Assembly (NCBI GenBank): GCA_014905635.1
Contig: JABVCE010000009.1
Span: forward strand, 1,240,001 to 1,304,000
Length of the DNA: 64,000 nt
DNA from: Scenedesmus sp. PABB004
Taxonomy: Eukaryota
Direction: 5' to 3'
The notes beneath the pieces were generated by a model that did not search any database, had not been told where the DNA came from, and saw nothing but the letters and a program-made list of their open reading frames with translations. Made by a program: the position numbers and the translations under genes. Below, one piece after another: positions 1 to 12,817 of this stretch (positions are counted from its first letter, which is position 1; every line of letters begins with the position of its first letter).

Positions 1-2
1 CC

Positions 3-993
<991 letters not shown>

Positions 994-1382
994 GCGGCCA
1001 CCGCAGGAGCGGCGACGCGGGCGGCCGGCGCGCTGCGTGGCGCGGCTGGCGGGCGCGGCGGCGGCGGCTGGTGCGCGGCGGCTGGAGCGCGGCTGCAGCG
1101 GCAGCAGCGGGGGCTGGGGACGGCGGTGCTGGGCGACGGCGGGGTTGCTGCAGCGACGGCGGGGTTGCTGCAGCGACGGCGGGCGGGCGGGCGGGCGTGC
1201 ATCGCGCATTGGTGTAGGCAGGGGGGCACGTTGGCGGCGCGGTCGGTCGGCGGGCATGAGGCACGGGCGGGTGCGCCGCCGACCCCGCGGCGGCGAGTGG
1301 CCGCGAGCGCGGAGGCGCCGCGCGCGGCTGCGGCCGCGTCAGTAAGCGCCGGAGCAGACACTGTGGGCGTCTCGGCGTTTGC

Positions 1383-1387
1383 TTACA
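1383..1387 (-). promoter_or_regulatory. TGTAA chlorophyte-type polyadenylation signal for the E2 gene
   Basis: TTACA on + strand about 120 nt past the stop at 1506; similar signals at 6531 (+), 47652 (-) and 63229 (-). Confidence 0.6.
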
Positions 1388-1505
1388 GCGGCCCGCGCGT
1401 CTCGGCGCTCGCAACCCACCGCGGGCTATGATACACGCTCGCCGCCCGTCGCGCGTCCGTCAAAAAGAGTACAGCGCGCCGCGCCGCGGGCGCCGCGCCG
1501 GTCGC

Positions 1506-3243
1506 TCACACCAGCAGCCGCACGCCGCCCACCGCGGTGAGCACCTTTTTGAGGAGCATCGCCGCGATCGCCACGCTCAGCACGACCGCCAGGAACGTCA
1601 GCCCCCGGTCGCCCGGCAGCTCGCCCGGCCGGCTGCCCACCGCGCCGCCCGCCGCGAGCTGGCGCGGCGGCGGCGCGGCCGCGGCGGGCCGCGCCGCGGG
1701 CTTCTGCTTCGCCGCCGCCGCCGCGGCGTCGCGCTCGGCGGCGTGCCGCGGCGCGGCGGTGTCGTGCTGCGGCCGGGCGTCGGGGCTGGCCGGCGCCTGC
1801 TCGCTGCGCGCCGGCGGCGGCGCCTGCAGCTCCTGCTGCTGCGCCTGCAGCGCCTGCTGCTGCACCTGCGCCTGCTGCGCCTGCTGCTCCGCCGGCGCCG
1901 GGTCGGCCGCCGGCTGCTGCGCCGCCGCCGCGGCGGCCGCCGCGGCGGCCGCCGCCGCCGCCACCGCGGCCGCCTTGGCCGCGCCCTGGTCGCTGCCGCC
2001 CGACGACGGCGGCGCGTCGCGCGTGGGGCTGCCCGCCGGCGACGGCGCCGGGCTGGCGGCGGCGGCGCTGCTGCCCGCGCCCGCGCGCGCGGCCTGCAGC
2101 GCGAGCATGCGGGCGTGCATGTCCGCGATGACCGCCTGCCGCGCGGGGCCGCCAAACTTGGGCACCTCGCTCCGCGACTTGGCCGCCAGCGCGGCGCGCT
2201 CCTCCTTGGTGAAGTCCTGCGGCGCCGCAGGCGGCGGCGCGGGCTCGGCGGGCGCGGCGCGGCCGCTGCGGGCGCGCGGGGCGGGCGCGTGCGGGCGCGC
2301 GCTGCGCCGCCGCTGCCGCCGCCGCCGACGCCGCGCGCCGCACCAGCGACCCGAGCGCGCCCTGCCCGGGAGTGGGCATGAACGCGATGAGCGCGGTGAG
2401 CGCGGTGCGCACGCTCCAGCTGGGCTGCCAGTGCTCGGGGTGGTGGCTGCTGATGGAGAGGCAGATCTTGACGCCCGTCGCGAAGCGGCCGTTTGGCGTG
2501 AGCATCATGAAGCTCGGCGGCTTGAACGGGTACTCCGCGGGCAGCAGGATGCGGCCGTGGTACACGCCGCCCTGCGCGCGTGTGTGTGTGTGGGGGGGGG
2601 GGGTGTGCACAGGCAGAGAGGGGGGGGGGGCGTGAGCTAGTGGCACAGGCGTTCAAAGCGCGGGCGGCGGGGCCGCCCCGGGGCGCACCTGGAACTCGGT
2701 GTCCGGGGGGCCCCGGATCACGAAGGACCACTCGAAGAGATCGTCCTGCGGGGCGCGCGCGCGTGCGGGGCGCGGGGCGGCGCGCCGCGCGGTCGCCGCT
2801 GCTGCCGGCCGCGCTCCCCGCTCGCCGCCCGCGCCGCGCATGCAGCCCCGCCCGCAACCGCTGCCCGTGCCACGGCACCCCGGCGACACCGCTGGCGCAG
2901 CGCGGGGGGCCGCGGCCGAGCCTGCTGCGCGCGGCGGCGCGCTCGGAGCAGCGGCGGCGCTGCCCGCACCTCGAGCGCCTCGGCCAGGAACTCGCCGCTG
3001 CTCTCCGCCTGCATTTCGCGCATTTCCTGCGACCATGGGGCGGACGGCGCGGTCCTCGTGACCACCCGGGCCCTGGCCGCGCGGGGAGGGCCGCGGAAGC
3101 GAGCGGGATGCCCCGCCCAGCCGCGCCGGGCGGCCGGGGGCCGCCCCGGGCCGCGTTCTGCCCCCGACGGCAGCGGTCCGCACCTGGAGGATCCGCTTGA
3201 CGCCCGGGTTGCGCAGGTTGAACTTGGCGCTCGGGCCCGCCAT
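1506..3243 (-). CDS. ER-anchored ubiquitin-conjugating enzyme (UBE2J1/UBC32-like), 5 exons
   Basis: NPGVKRILQ|EMRE..|DDLFEWSFVIRGPPDTEFQ|GGVYHGRILLPAEYPFKPPSFMMLTPNGRF..KICLSISSHHPEHWQPSWSV; C-terminal TM helix LTFLAVVLSVAIAAMLL. Confidence 0.92.
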
Positions 3244-3374
3244 GGCGCGGGACAGCGTGTGCTCCGCGGGCCGCGCTGCAGGGCGGGGCCGCTCCCCGGG
3301 ACGCGTCTGGTCTGGGCGATCAACCCGGAGCGCTGAGAGCTGCGCACTGCGGAAGTCGCTGGGTCAGTGCGGGC

Positions 3375-3797
3375 TCAAGAGCGTGTCGCCGTGGCGCTAG
3401 CCGTCGCTGAGCGTCCCAGCAACCCAGAGCTGCTGCGCTGGTGCCACCGCCGCTGCCGCCGCCACCGGCAGCGCGCCGCGGCCGCCTGTCGACGCGCTCG
3501 CGCACCCGCCCGCCACGCCGCGTGCGCCGCTGTGCTGGGGGCAGGTGCAGCTCGCGCCACCGAGTACGCCTCCCCCTGCCCGCTGCCCGCGGCGGTGGCG
3601 CGCGCGGCGAAGCTCGCGGGCAGGCCCGCCGGGCACAGCGCCCACGCCGGCGCGCCGAGCTTGCCCGCCGCCAGCAGCTCGCGCGCGCGCTCCAGGTAGC
3701 GCTCCGCGCGCGCGACGCTGCCCAGCACGTCCACGGCGTGCTGCTCGATCCAGGCCCGGCTCAGCGCCATGCCCGCCCCGCCCCGCGGCGCCTCCGC
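3375..3797 (-). pseudogene. Truncated inverted copy of the 5' end of the SWIM gene at 11208 (chimeric ORF 3770-3375)
   Basis: 3558-3797 is the reverse complement of 11181-11420 (MALSRAWIEQ...GEAYSV); it stops before the SWIM Cys/His motif. Confidence 0.85.
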
Positions 3798-3951
3798 TGC
3801 GCCAAACCGCTCCGCCCGCCGTGCCGCTGCGGCGCGCGCCGCCCGCCGCGTCATTCCCGGCCCCCCCGGGACACCCCGCCCGCGACTCCGCTCGTGCGCC
3901 CGCTGCTGCCAGGCGCCTCCAGGGTAGCTGTCGGAGCCTGCCATCGTCGCG

Positions 3952-6253
3952 ATGGCGGACTCCGGCAGCGCAGCGCCGCCGCTGGCGCCCGACCTCAAGG
4001 GTCTGCTGCTCCAGACCAAGCTGCGCGACGTCGTCAGCGACAAGCCGCTGGTCGCGGTGCCGCACACGGCCACGCTGGGAGAGGTCCTCGACATCCTGAG
4101 CCAGCACGGCATCCTCTCCGCGCCGCTGTTCGTGGCGGATGCGGGAGGCATCAGACCGAGCGTGGGTGCGTGGACAGCGCCTGCGGCGGCGGATCGGCGC
4201 CGGCGCGCGGGCAGCGCGGGTGGGGCGGGCGGCAGCAGCGCGAGCGCGGGGGCATCGGCGGCGCCGCCGCTCGGCACACGGCGTGCCCGACACCGCAGGC
4301 TCGCTGTTGGGCTTTGTGGACACCTGGTCTGTCATGGTGGCGTTCCTGGGCATGCTGGGGCAGCACGCAGGTGCGGGGAGCGTCGGCGCTGGCAGCAGCG
4401 CACGCGTCGCGACGCGCGGCGCCCAGTGCCGCCGCCGCCCGGCTCGCGCTGCCGCCGCGCAGACGTGACCGAGCAGCAGCTGGAGGCGCAGGGCGCCGCG
4501 CTGTGCGCGCGGCCGGTGCTGTCGCTGTTTGAGGGCACGCCCGCCGTGCGGGCGCTCGAGGGCGGCGATGCGCCGCACAGCTGCGCCGACTGGGACGTGC
4601 ACGGTGCGGCGCCAGCAGCTGCAGCGCCCGCGCTGGCCGCGGCGGCGGCCGGCACGTGCGCCGGCGGCGGCGGCGGCGGCGGCCGGCACGTGCGCCGCGC
4701 TCGCAGCTGCGCTGCCCGCCAACGCCGTCGCCGCGGCCGCCCGCCCCGCGCTCGGCTGGCCCTTGCGCGCGCAGATGACCCCGACAGCAGCCTGCTGGAT
4801 GTGATCAGGTGGGCCAGGGCCACCAGGGCTGCAGGGGGGCGGCGGCGGCGGAACGGGGCCCTCTCCGCGCCGCGCCGCCCGCCCACCCGCGCGCGCGCCG
4901 CGCCCCGCAGGAGCTGCTTCCTGCCGCGCACGCCGAGCGGCGGCCTCAGCAGCTCGCTGTCGTGCGCGGGCGCGCCCGCCGGCGCCGCTGGCAGCGGCGG
5001 CGCGCCCTCGCCCTCGCCGCGGCCGGCGTGCGCGAGCGGCGGCGGCAGCCTTGGCACGAGCAGCACGGTGGGGCACAGCCGCCACCCCGCGGCGAGCCAC
5101 CGCATCGTGGTGGTGCGCCCCGACGGCGGCGGCGGCGCGCCGCCGCTGGCCGTGCTCAGCCAGAGCGACATCTTGCGGTTCCTGGCCGCGCACCACGAGT
5201 GCCTGCGGCCGCTGGGCAAGGCCAGCTTGGCGGAGCTGGGCCTCGCGAGCGGCAGCCTGCACCTCGCGGCGGGCCCCGTCGGCAGCGGCGGCGCGGCGCA
5301 GCGCCCGCCGCCGCTGGCCACCGCCAGCGGCGCCGCGCACGGCGGCGGCGGCGCCGTGCCGTCCTCCCCCAAGCCCCCGCTGTGCGGCGGCGGCCATGGC
5401 CTGCTCAGCGGCGGCGGCGGTGGCGGCCTGCTGGGCGCGCTGTCGGGCATCCCCGCCTCGCCCGCCAGCAGCGACGGCCCTGGCGCGGGCCTGCAGCGCG
5501 CCAGCAGCGGCGGGCCGGGCGGCGGCGCGGCGGGCATGAGCCCGCCCGCGAGCCCGCGGGTGAGCCAGCACCTGCTCAGCCTGGGCAGCCTCGGCGGCGG
5601 CCACCACCACCGCCCCGTGTCGCGGCGGCAGCTCGTGGCGGTGCACGAGAGCGTGCCGGCGCTGGAGACTTTCCGCGCGCTCCTCGCGCACCGCGTGTCG
5701 GCGGTCGCGGTGCTGGCGGGCTTGGGCGCGACCGCCAACATGCGCCTCGTCGGCAACGTCAGCGCGACCGACCTGCGCCACCTGCGCGCGGGCAGCTTCG
5801 GGCGCCTCGCGCTCAGCGTGAAGGACTTTCTCGCCACCAAGCCCCTCGCGCCTGACACCGCCATCCCCCTCGCCGCGCCGCCCGGCGGCGCCGGCGGCGC
5901 GCGCGCGCCCGTGCTCATGGCGCACGCGCCGGGCGTGTTCACGTGCCAGGCCACGGCCAGCCTCGAGGAGCTCGTGCGCACGCTCGGCGCGCCGACGCAC
6001 GGCATCCACCGAGTGTGAGCCGCGGGAGGGCGCGCCGGCCCGGCGCTGGCCCGCCGCGCGCCGCGCGCCTCACACCGCACGCCCCCCCCCCCCCCCCACC
6101 CACCCACCCACCCACACACACATACACGCACCCACCGCCGCCCCGTCCCGCCGCGGCCGCAGCTACGTGGTCGACCCGGACAGCCGGCCCGCGGGCGTGG
6201 TCACTGGCAGCGACGTGCTCGCGCTGCTCTCCGCGGCCTGCAGCCGCGAGTGA
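3952..6253 (+). CDS. CBS-domain protein (SnRK1/AMPK gamma-like), multi-exon
   Basis: CBS-like segments LVAVPHTATLGEVLDILSQHGILSAP, LLGFVD, HRIVVV..VLSQSDILRFL, HRVSAVAV..GNVSATDLR, IHRV|YVVD..GVVTGSDVL; stop TGA 6251-6253; TGTAA at 6531. Confidence 0.85.
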
Positions 6254-6630
6254 GCGCGGCGCGGCGCTGTGCGGCGCGGCGCTGCGCGGCGCGGCGCTGA
6301 GGCCTGGGCAGGCAGCAGGGGGATCAGGGCGGCACCCGGCAGTGGCGGGGCGGCAGTGCACTCGGGCGGCGCGGGCGGTTGCGGTCACGGTTGCGGTTGT
6401 GCCGGCGACATGTCGGTTGCGGTTGCGCCGGCGACATCGGTGTGTGGGAGGGGGGGGGGCAGGGGGCAGGGGCAAGAGTTACTGATCTTGGGCATGGACA
6501 GTTTCGAGGCAGGCAGAGCTGTTGGCGCCGTGTAAAGCGCGAGCCGCCGCCGCCACCGCCGCGCGGCCGCGCGCGAGCCCCGCCGCCGCCGCCGCAGCTG
6601 CCGGGCGACGCCGGGACCTGCGCGCGCGGC

Positions 6631-7548
6631 TTACGTGCGGCGCTCGTGGAGGAGCGTGTTCGTGCTGGGCAGGCGCGTGCGGTCATGCTGTGAGAGGAAG
6701 AACTTCATCATGAAGTCGGTCGACCCGCCCTGGCTGCCGGGCATGACGCCGCCGGCGCACACGATGAGCCCGTCGGCGGGGCAGCCGGGGTGGTGTGGCC
6801 CGCGGTCGGGGCGCACGCGCGCGCCGGGCGGGGGCGTGATGTCGATCCAGGGGTCGGACGCGAGGCCGAGCAGGTTGATGTCGGCGCGCGACGCCCGGGG
6901 GATGACGTTGCGCGCGTCCGCGACCTCCGCGACCGCCGCGACCGCCGTCGGCGTGAGGGCCACGCTGCGCACGGAGCCGATCTGGACGCCCTTCATGCGC
7001 ACCGGCGTGCCGGCCTCGAGCTTCGACGCGCTCTCAAACAGCAGCGTGAACGTGTACGGCGCGCACCGCCGCAGCGGCGAGCCGCGCGCCCAGCCAAAGA
7101 GCAGCGCGAGCGCGCCCACGCCGCCGAGCAGGAACGCGACCAGGCTCGGCGACAGCGCGCGCAGCGCCGCGGCGCCGAGCGCCAGCCAGCGCGCCGCGCG
7201 CGCCGGCGCCGGCGCCGGCGCCGGCGCCTGCTGCTGCTGCTGCTGCAGCTGCTGCTGCTGCTGCGCCTGCGCCGAAGGCTGCTGCGACGCCTGCTCCGGC
7301 GCTGCTGCGGCGGCGCCTCCGCCGCCGGCTGCCGGCTGCGGCAGTCCCGCACCCCCGCTGCCCGGCTCTCCCCGCTGCTCTGCTGCCGCGCTGGCGCGCC
7401 AGCTGCGCGCCGCGGGCTCGGCGCGGCGGAGCAGCAGCGCCGAAGGCCGCGGCGCCGCCGGCCGGGCGGGCCGCCGCTGCTGCTGCTGCGCCGTGCAGGC
7501 GCCCCGCCGTAGCGCTGCGCGGCCTCCTGACAGCAGGGCTGCAGACAT
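6631..7548 (-). CDS. Plastid MlaD/MCE-domain protein, TGD2-like (short), single exon
   Basis: Transit-peptide-like N-terminus, TM helix, then GTPVRMKGVQIGSV..VIPRASRADINLLGL..IDITP..HPGCPADGLIVC, resembling the TGD2 MCE domain. Confidence 0.85.
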   Translation of the reverse strand: MSAALLSGGRAALRRGACTAQQQQRRPARPAAPRPSALLLRRAEPAARSWRASAAAEQRGEPGSGGAGLPQPAAGGGGAAAAAPEQASQQPSAQAQQQQQLQQQQQQAPAPAPAPARAARWLALGAAALRALSPSLVAFLLGGVGALALLFGWARGSPLRRCAPYTFTLLFESASKLEAGTPVRMKGVQIGSVRSVALTPTAVAAVAEVADARNVIPRASRADINLLGLASDPWIDITPPPGARVRPDRGPHHPGCPADGLIVCAGGVMPGSQGGSTDFMMKFFLSQHDRTRLPSTNTLLHERRT

Positions 7549-7811
7549 CGCGGCCGGACCGCGGCAGCAGCGGGCGCGGCAGCAGCGGGCACGGCAGCAG
7601 CGGCGGCGGCGGCGGGCGCGGCGAGGTGGGGCGCGGGGCCTAGACGCAGGGCCGGGACGGGCTGGGTGAACGGCCGGCGAAGCGCGCCGCCGGTGCGCGC
7701 GAGAGCGGTCGCCGCGGTTCTGCGCTCACACTCACTGCGCGCTGCGTCCTGCGTGTCTCAGCAGGGCGCGCTCGCAGCCCGCCCAACTCTCCCGGCCGGC
7801 TCGCACACCGC

Positions 7812-10602
7812 TCACGCCTCGCGCTGCTGGGCCGCCGGCCGCTGCACCGGCTCGAGCGCGCGCAGCTCCGGCGCCGGCCGGCGCTCGCCCCGCGCGCCGC
7901 CGCCGCCACCGCCTGTTCCTCGCGGCGGCGCCGCGTTGCCGCTGGCGGCGGCGATGGAGGCGCCCGCCTGCAGCGCCCAGCTGCGCAGCTGCGCCTGGCC
8001 GAGGCGGTGGAGCTGCTGGCGGGCCTGCAGCTGCTGCAGCTGCTGCAGCGGCAGGCGCCAGCCGAGCAGGCGCTGCGCCTCGTGCAGCTGCTCCCAGCTG
8101 CGCCCCGCGAGGCCGGGCGCGGGCTGGCCGAGCGGGTGCGGCGCGTCCGCGCCCCAGGCGGCCTGCTCGGGGCCGGGCGCCCGCCGCCGGCCGCGCCGCG
8201 CCGCGCCCTGCGGCGCCGGCTGCGGCAGCTGCACCTGCGCCACCGTGGCGGCCCAGAACGCCGCTTGCCACGCGCGCCCGGGGCGCCAGCGCAGCAGGCC
8301 CACCGCGTAGACCAGGTTTGCCAGCCCCTGCCCGTCCAGCTCGCCCAGCCGCGCGCCCGCCGCCGCGAGCGCCGCGGCCGCCCAGTCGGGCGGCGGCGCC
8401 GCGTGGCAGAGCGCGAGGCCGTACAGCAGCGTGGTGAGCTGCCGGCCGGACATGCTGCCCAGGCGGGGCGCCAGCCCCGCGAGCAGCTGCTCCTGCAGGC
8501 TCGTGGGACGCGCCGGCGGAGCGCGTGCCGGCCGGCCGCCGCGGCCGCGCCGCAGCGCGCGCGCGGCCTGCTGCTGCTGCTGCTGCTGCTGCTCGCGCGC
8601 CTGGCGCTGGGGCAGCTGCGGGCGCGGCTGCGGGCGTGGCGGCGGCTGCTGCTCCGCGCCGTCGCCGCCGGCCGCGCCCGTGCTGCCCGGAAAGGCGTAG
8701 CCCAGCCGGCCGAGGGCCCAGACCACCAGCGACGCCTCGTGGCTGCTGCAGCGCGGCAGGCGCCGCACGAGCTGGCGCAGCGCGCCGCGCAGCAGGCTCG
8801 CCGGCACGGGATGCCTGGCGCGGCGGCGGGCGGGCGGGCGGGCGGGCGCGCGAGTCGGCGTCCGCCGGGAGGGGTGGCGGCGGCGCGCGGCGGCGACGGG
8901 CGGCGGCGCGGGGCCGGCGCGGGGCCGGCGCGGGGCCGGCGCGGCGCGCGCACCTGAGCTGCGCCAGGCCCCACATGCACATCGCGAGGTCGCGGCCGCT
9001 GAAGCCCGGCAGGCAGCGCTGCGCGCGGTCCGCAAACACGGCGACCCACATGGCGTCCGGCGCCGCGCCGGCGCGCGCGAGGCCGTGCGCCATGACCGCC
9101 AGCGCCCGCGGCGGCGCGGCGGCCAGGTTGGCCTTGAACGCGGGCAGCAGCCGGGCCGCAAAGTCGGGGCGCAGGCGCATGCCGAGGCGGCCGAGGGCCC
9201 ACGTGAGGCGGGCCATGTGGTGTGGCGCGAGGCGGGGCATGAGGTGGTGCGCGCGCGTCACGACGCGCACGACCCAGGGCTTGGGCACCGACACCAGCGG
9301 CAGCCGGCTCGCCGCCGCGAGCAGCACCGGCAGCTCGGCCGGGCCGAGGCAGGGCAGCGCGGAGCCGACCATGCGCAGCTGCGGTCGGCAGGGGCGTGGC
9401 GGGGGTGTGGGCGCGTGGGGGGGGGGGGGGGAGCGCGCCCGGCAGCGGCGCGGCAGGCGTGGCGCCCGGCCGGGCGCCGCCGCGCGACGCACCAGCGTCG
9501 TCACCAGCTCCACATACGCCGCCTGCTCGTGCCGCGCCGTGGGCACCGCGGCGCCCGGCGGCAGCGTCTCGCGCGCGTCGCCGCCGACGTCGCCGCCGCC
9601 AGCGGGTGCTGCTGCTGGCGGTCGGCGCGCGAGGTGCTGCAGCGTGTCCAGCCGCGCGATCAGCAGGACCAGGTGGCGCGGCGTGAGCAGGCCCGACGCC
9701 TCGTGTGCGTCGAGCAGCGCCGCCACGTCCTGCCAGCTGTCGGCGGCGCCGATCCGCAGCGCGAGCCACTGCGACGCGGCCTGCTGCTGCAGGCGCGCGG
9801 TGTGCTGCCAGTGCAGCGGCTGCTGCTGCTGCAGCTGGTGCGGCTGGTGCGGCTGGTGCTGCTGCTGCTGCTGCTGCTGCGGCGGCGGCTGCAGCGACTG
9901 CTGCGGCTGCTGCTGCGGCGGCTCCTGCTGCTGCGGCTGCTCGCCAGTGCGCGGCTCTACTACTGGCGACGCCAGCGGCTGCTGCTGCTCGTCCGCCCGC
10001 TCGCCGGCGGGCGCGCCTGCGCCGCTCCAGGCGTGCGCGTCGCCGTCCTCGCAGCTGCTCAGCGCTGCGTCCTGCGCCGCAGGCAGCGCGGCGCCCAGGC
10101 TGGCCAGCCGGCCGCCGCGCAGCGCGTGCTCGCACGGCTGCTGCGCCGCGCCGCCCGGGTGAGCGCCGCAGCCGCAGCCGCCCGCATCCGCCGGCGGGGC
10201 GGCGCGGCCTGGCAGGGTCGGCTCAGGCACGGAGCTGGGCTGCGGCGGCTGCCGCTGCTCCAGCAGGCCGGGCGGCCCCAGCGCGGCGAGCTGCTCCAGC
10301 GTGGGCGCCGCCGCATGCTGCCGCGCGGCGGCCGGGCAGGCCTGCGGCGGGGGACGCGGCGGCGCGGCGGCCGTCGGGCGCTGTGGTGCGCCATGCAGGC
10401 CGGCACGCCGTGCCGGGCGGGCGGCCGCTGCGGCCGCTGCGGCGCGCGGCGCGGCGCGCCGCGCGGGCCGCACCCGCTGCTGCCGCCGCGCGGCGGCCGG
10501 GGCGACGGGCTGCGCGCCCTGCCGCGCGGTGGTCCCGCGCGCGGGGCCGCTGGTCCCGCGCGCCACCACCGGGCCGGGGCGGGCGCCCGCGCCCGCCAGC
10601 AT
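7812..10602 (-). CDS. Organelle-targeted helical-repeat protein (octotricopeptide-repeat-like), 3 exons (about 10602-9493, 9378-8954, 8814-7812)
   Basis: Degenerate repeats of roughly 38 aa such as LAPHHMARLTWALGRLGMRLRPDF, FSGRDLAMCMWGLAQL, LDGQGLANLVYAVGLLRWRPGRAW, PPPDW; Arg/Ala-rich transit-like N-terminus. Confidence 0.7.
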
Positions 10603-11207
10603 GGCGCTAGCAGCAGCCTGGGATGGCTCGGCGCGGCCGCTGCGGGCGCGGCGCGGGGATCATGGGCGCTCCCGTCGCGGCTGCGCGTCTGGGGTGATCT
10701 CAGGTCCGCGAGGAGCGCGTGAGCGCTGGAATCGGGGCGCGGGCGAGGCCGCACGGCGGGGCTGCGCGCATTCGCGGCCAACGGCGGGGCGAGGAGCGGG
10801 CAGGTCGCGCGCGGTGTGCGTCGCGCCGGCCGGGGCGCGAGTTTGGCGCGCTCGCCCTGGCCGGGCAGTCGAGCGGCCGAGGTCCCGCGATCGCCGCGAC
10901 GCACGCACGGGGCGCCGCGGGGCCGGCTCACCGTCACTCTCACGGTGTTCCCCGAGGCCCGCCGGCGCGGCGCACGCCGCCGCCGCCGCGCCCGCTGCGC
11001 GCCACTGCGCACGCGAGCTGTCGGCGGCGGCGGAGCGGGTTTGGAGCAGCAGCGCCGGCGCGTGGTCGCCGGCCGCCCTGTGAACGCGGTCACACCTCGG
11101 CACGCCGCGCACGCGGGTGTGCTGCGCGCGCGCGCTGCAGCAGCGGCGCCGCCGCCGGCCGACAGCGGCGCTGTCGCGCTGCGGAGGCGCCGCGGGGCGG
11201 GGCGGGC

Positions 11208-12722
11208 ATGGCGCTGAGCCGGGCCTGGATCGAGCAGCACGCCGTGGACGTGCTGGGCAGCGTCGCGCGCGCGGAGCGCTACCTGGAGCGCGCGCGCGAG
11301 CTGCTGGCGGCGGGCAAGCTCGGCGCGCCGGCGTGGGCGCTGTGCCCGGCGGGCCTGCCCGCGAGCTTCGCCGCGCGCGCCACCGCCGCGGGCAGCGGGC
11401 AGGGGGAGGCGTACTCGGTGACGCTGCGCCCCGTCGAGCCAGGGCCCTTCATCACGAGCTGCAGCTGCCCCAGCCATTCTGGCGATGGTGTGTGCAAACA
11501 CGCGCTGGCGCTGTTGCTTTGGGCGCTGCGCAACCCGCCGCCGGCGAGCAGCGCCGGTGGCGATGACGCGGCAGCAGCGGCGGCGCGTGCGGCAGCGGCA
11601 GCGGCAGCAGAAGCACGGGCAGCAGCGTCCCTGGCGGCAGCCGCAGTGGCGCCGACGGCAGCTGGCAGGGTGGCAGCGACGCAGGTCGCGCCTGCAGCCG
11701 CAGGCGCAGCGCAGCAGGTGCAGTCGCCGCCGCCAGCGCCGCGGCCCGGCCAGGCCGGCAGGGGGCGGCGGCGCATGCCGCTGTCGCTCACGGCCGCGGG
11801 CAGGGCAGCCGCGGAGGCCGCAGCAGCGGACGGCGGCGACGCGCACCCCACGCAGGCCTTCAAGCGCAAGCAGGCCGCTGCCGGCGGCGGCACGGCCGCG
11901 CCGCCCGCCGCGCCGCGCTCCAGCCCCGCCCCGCGCAAGCGGCTGCGCGTGGCGCCGCCGGCGCCGGGCCAGGCGCAACCGGCAGCACGGCCGCAGGAGC
12001 AGCCGGCGCGCGGTGGCGCGCGAGGCGGCGGCACGCCGGCAGCGCCGAGGCGTGCGCCCTGGATGCTGTCTGCGGATGCGATGCTGGCGGCGAGCGACGA
12101 GCAGCTCCTCGAGCAGGCGGCGCGCTGCCTCGCGCTGGTGGGCCGCGCCCCGCGCAGCGCGGCGCCGGCGGCGGCGGCAGCGGCGGCGGCTGCGGCGGCA
12201 GCGGCAACGGCGGCAGCGGCAACGGCGGCAGCGGCCGCGGCCGCGGCGCCAGCACCAGCCGCGGCGACGGGGCAGCGGCGGACGGCGGAGCAGCCGCAGC
12301 CGCGCGGTCTGGCGGCAATGGAGCCGCCGGCTGGCCTGCCAACAGCTGCGCAGCTGGAGCAGCCGCCGCAGTCGCCTCAAATAACGGCGTCGCCGCTGCT
12401 GGCACCGCCGTTGCAGGCGCAGCAGGCGCAGCAGACGCAGCAGGCGCAGCAGGCGCAGCAGATGCAGCAGACGCAGCAGACGCCGCCGCGCCGGCCGCTG
12501 TCGCTGGCCAGCAGGCTGCTGGGCATCGGCGGCGATGCGCCGGCCGGCCCGCCATGGGGCTCACAGGTCGCGGGCGCCACGCAGCAGCCGCAGTCGCCGG
12601 CCGCCCCAGCGGCGCCCGCAGCGGCGCCCGCAGCAGCGCCCGCGGCAGCATCAGGTGGCGGCACGCAGCCGTCGCCCGCCGGCTCGGGCCTCGCGAAAAT
12701 TCGCAGCCGCCTGCTGGGGTGA
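11208..12722 (+). CDS. SWIM zinc-finger protein with long low-complexity tail, single exon
   Basis: YSVTL..ITSCSCPSHSGDGVCKHALALL fits the CxC-x(n)-CxH SWIM motif; basic KRK and RKRLR patches. Confidence 0.8.
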   Translation: MALSRAWIEQHAVDVLGSVARAERYLERARELLAAGKLGAPAWALCPAGLPASFAARATAAGSGQGEAYSVTLRPVEPGPFITSCSCPSHSGDGVCKHALALLLWALRNPPPASSAGGDDAAAAAARAAAAAAAEARAAASLAAAAVAPTAAGRVAATQVAPAAAGAAQQVQSPPPAPRPGQAGRGRRRMPLSLTAAGRAAAEAAAADGGDAHPTQAFKRKQAAAGGGTAAPPAAPRSSPAPRKRLRVAPPAPGQAQPAARPQEQPARGGARGGGTPAAPRRAPWMLSADAMLAASDEQLLEQAARCLALVGRAPRSAAPAAAAAAAAAAAAATAAAATAAAAAAAAPAPAAATGQRRTAEQPQPRGLAAMEPPAGLPTAAQLEQPPQSPQITASPLLAPPLQAQQAQQTQQAQQAQQMQQTQQTPPRRPLSLASRLLGIGGDAPAGPPWGSQVAGATQQPQSPAAPAAPAAAPAAAPAAASGGGTQPSPAGSGLAKIRSRLLG

Positions 12723-12817
12723 GGCGGCAGGGGGCAGGGCAGCCGCTGGCAGGGAGCGCGAGCGTGAGAGCGAGCGAGCGCGAGTGAGCGGGCGCGCTGT
12801 GACGAGAGTTGCACGCG

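Noticed and set aside
11208..12722. SWIM gene as a Mutator-type transposase
   Set aside because: No DDE/MULE domain and no terminal inverted repeats were seen.
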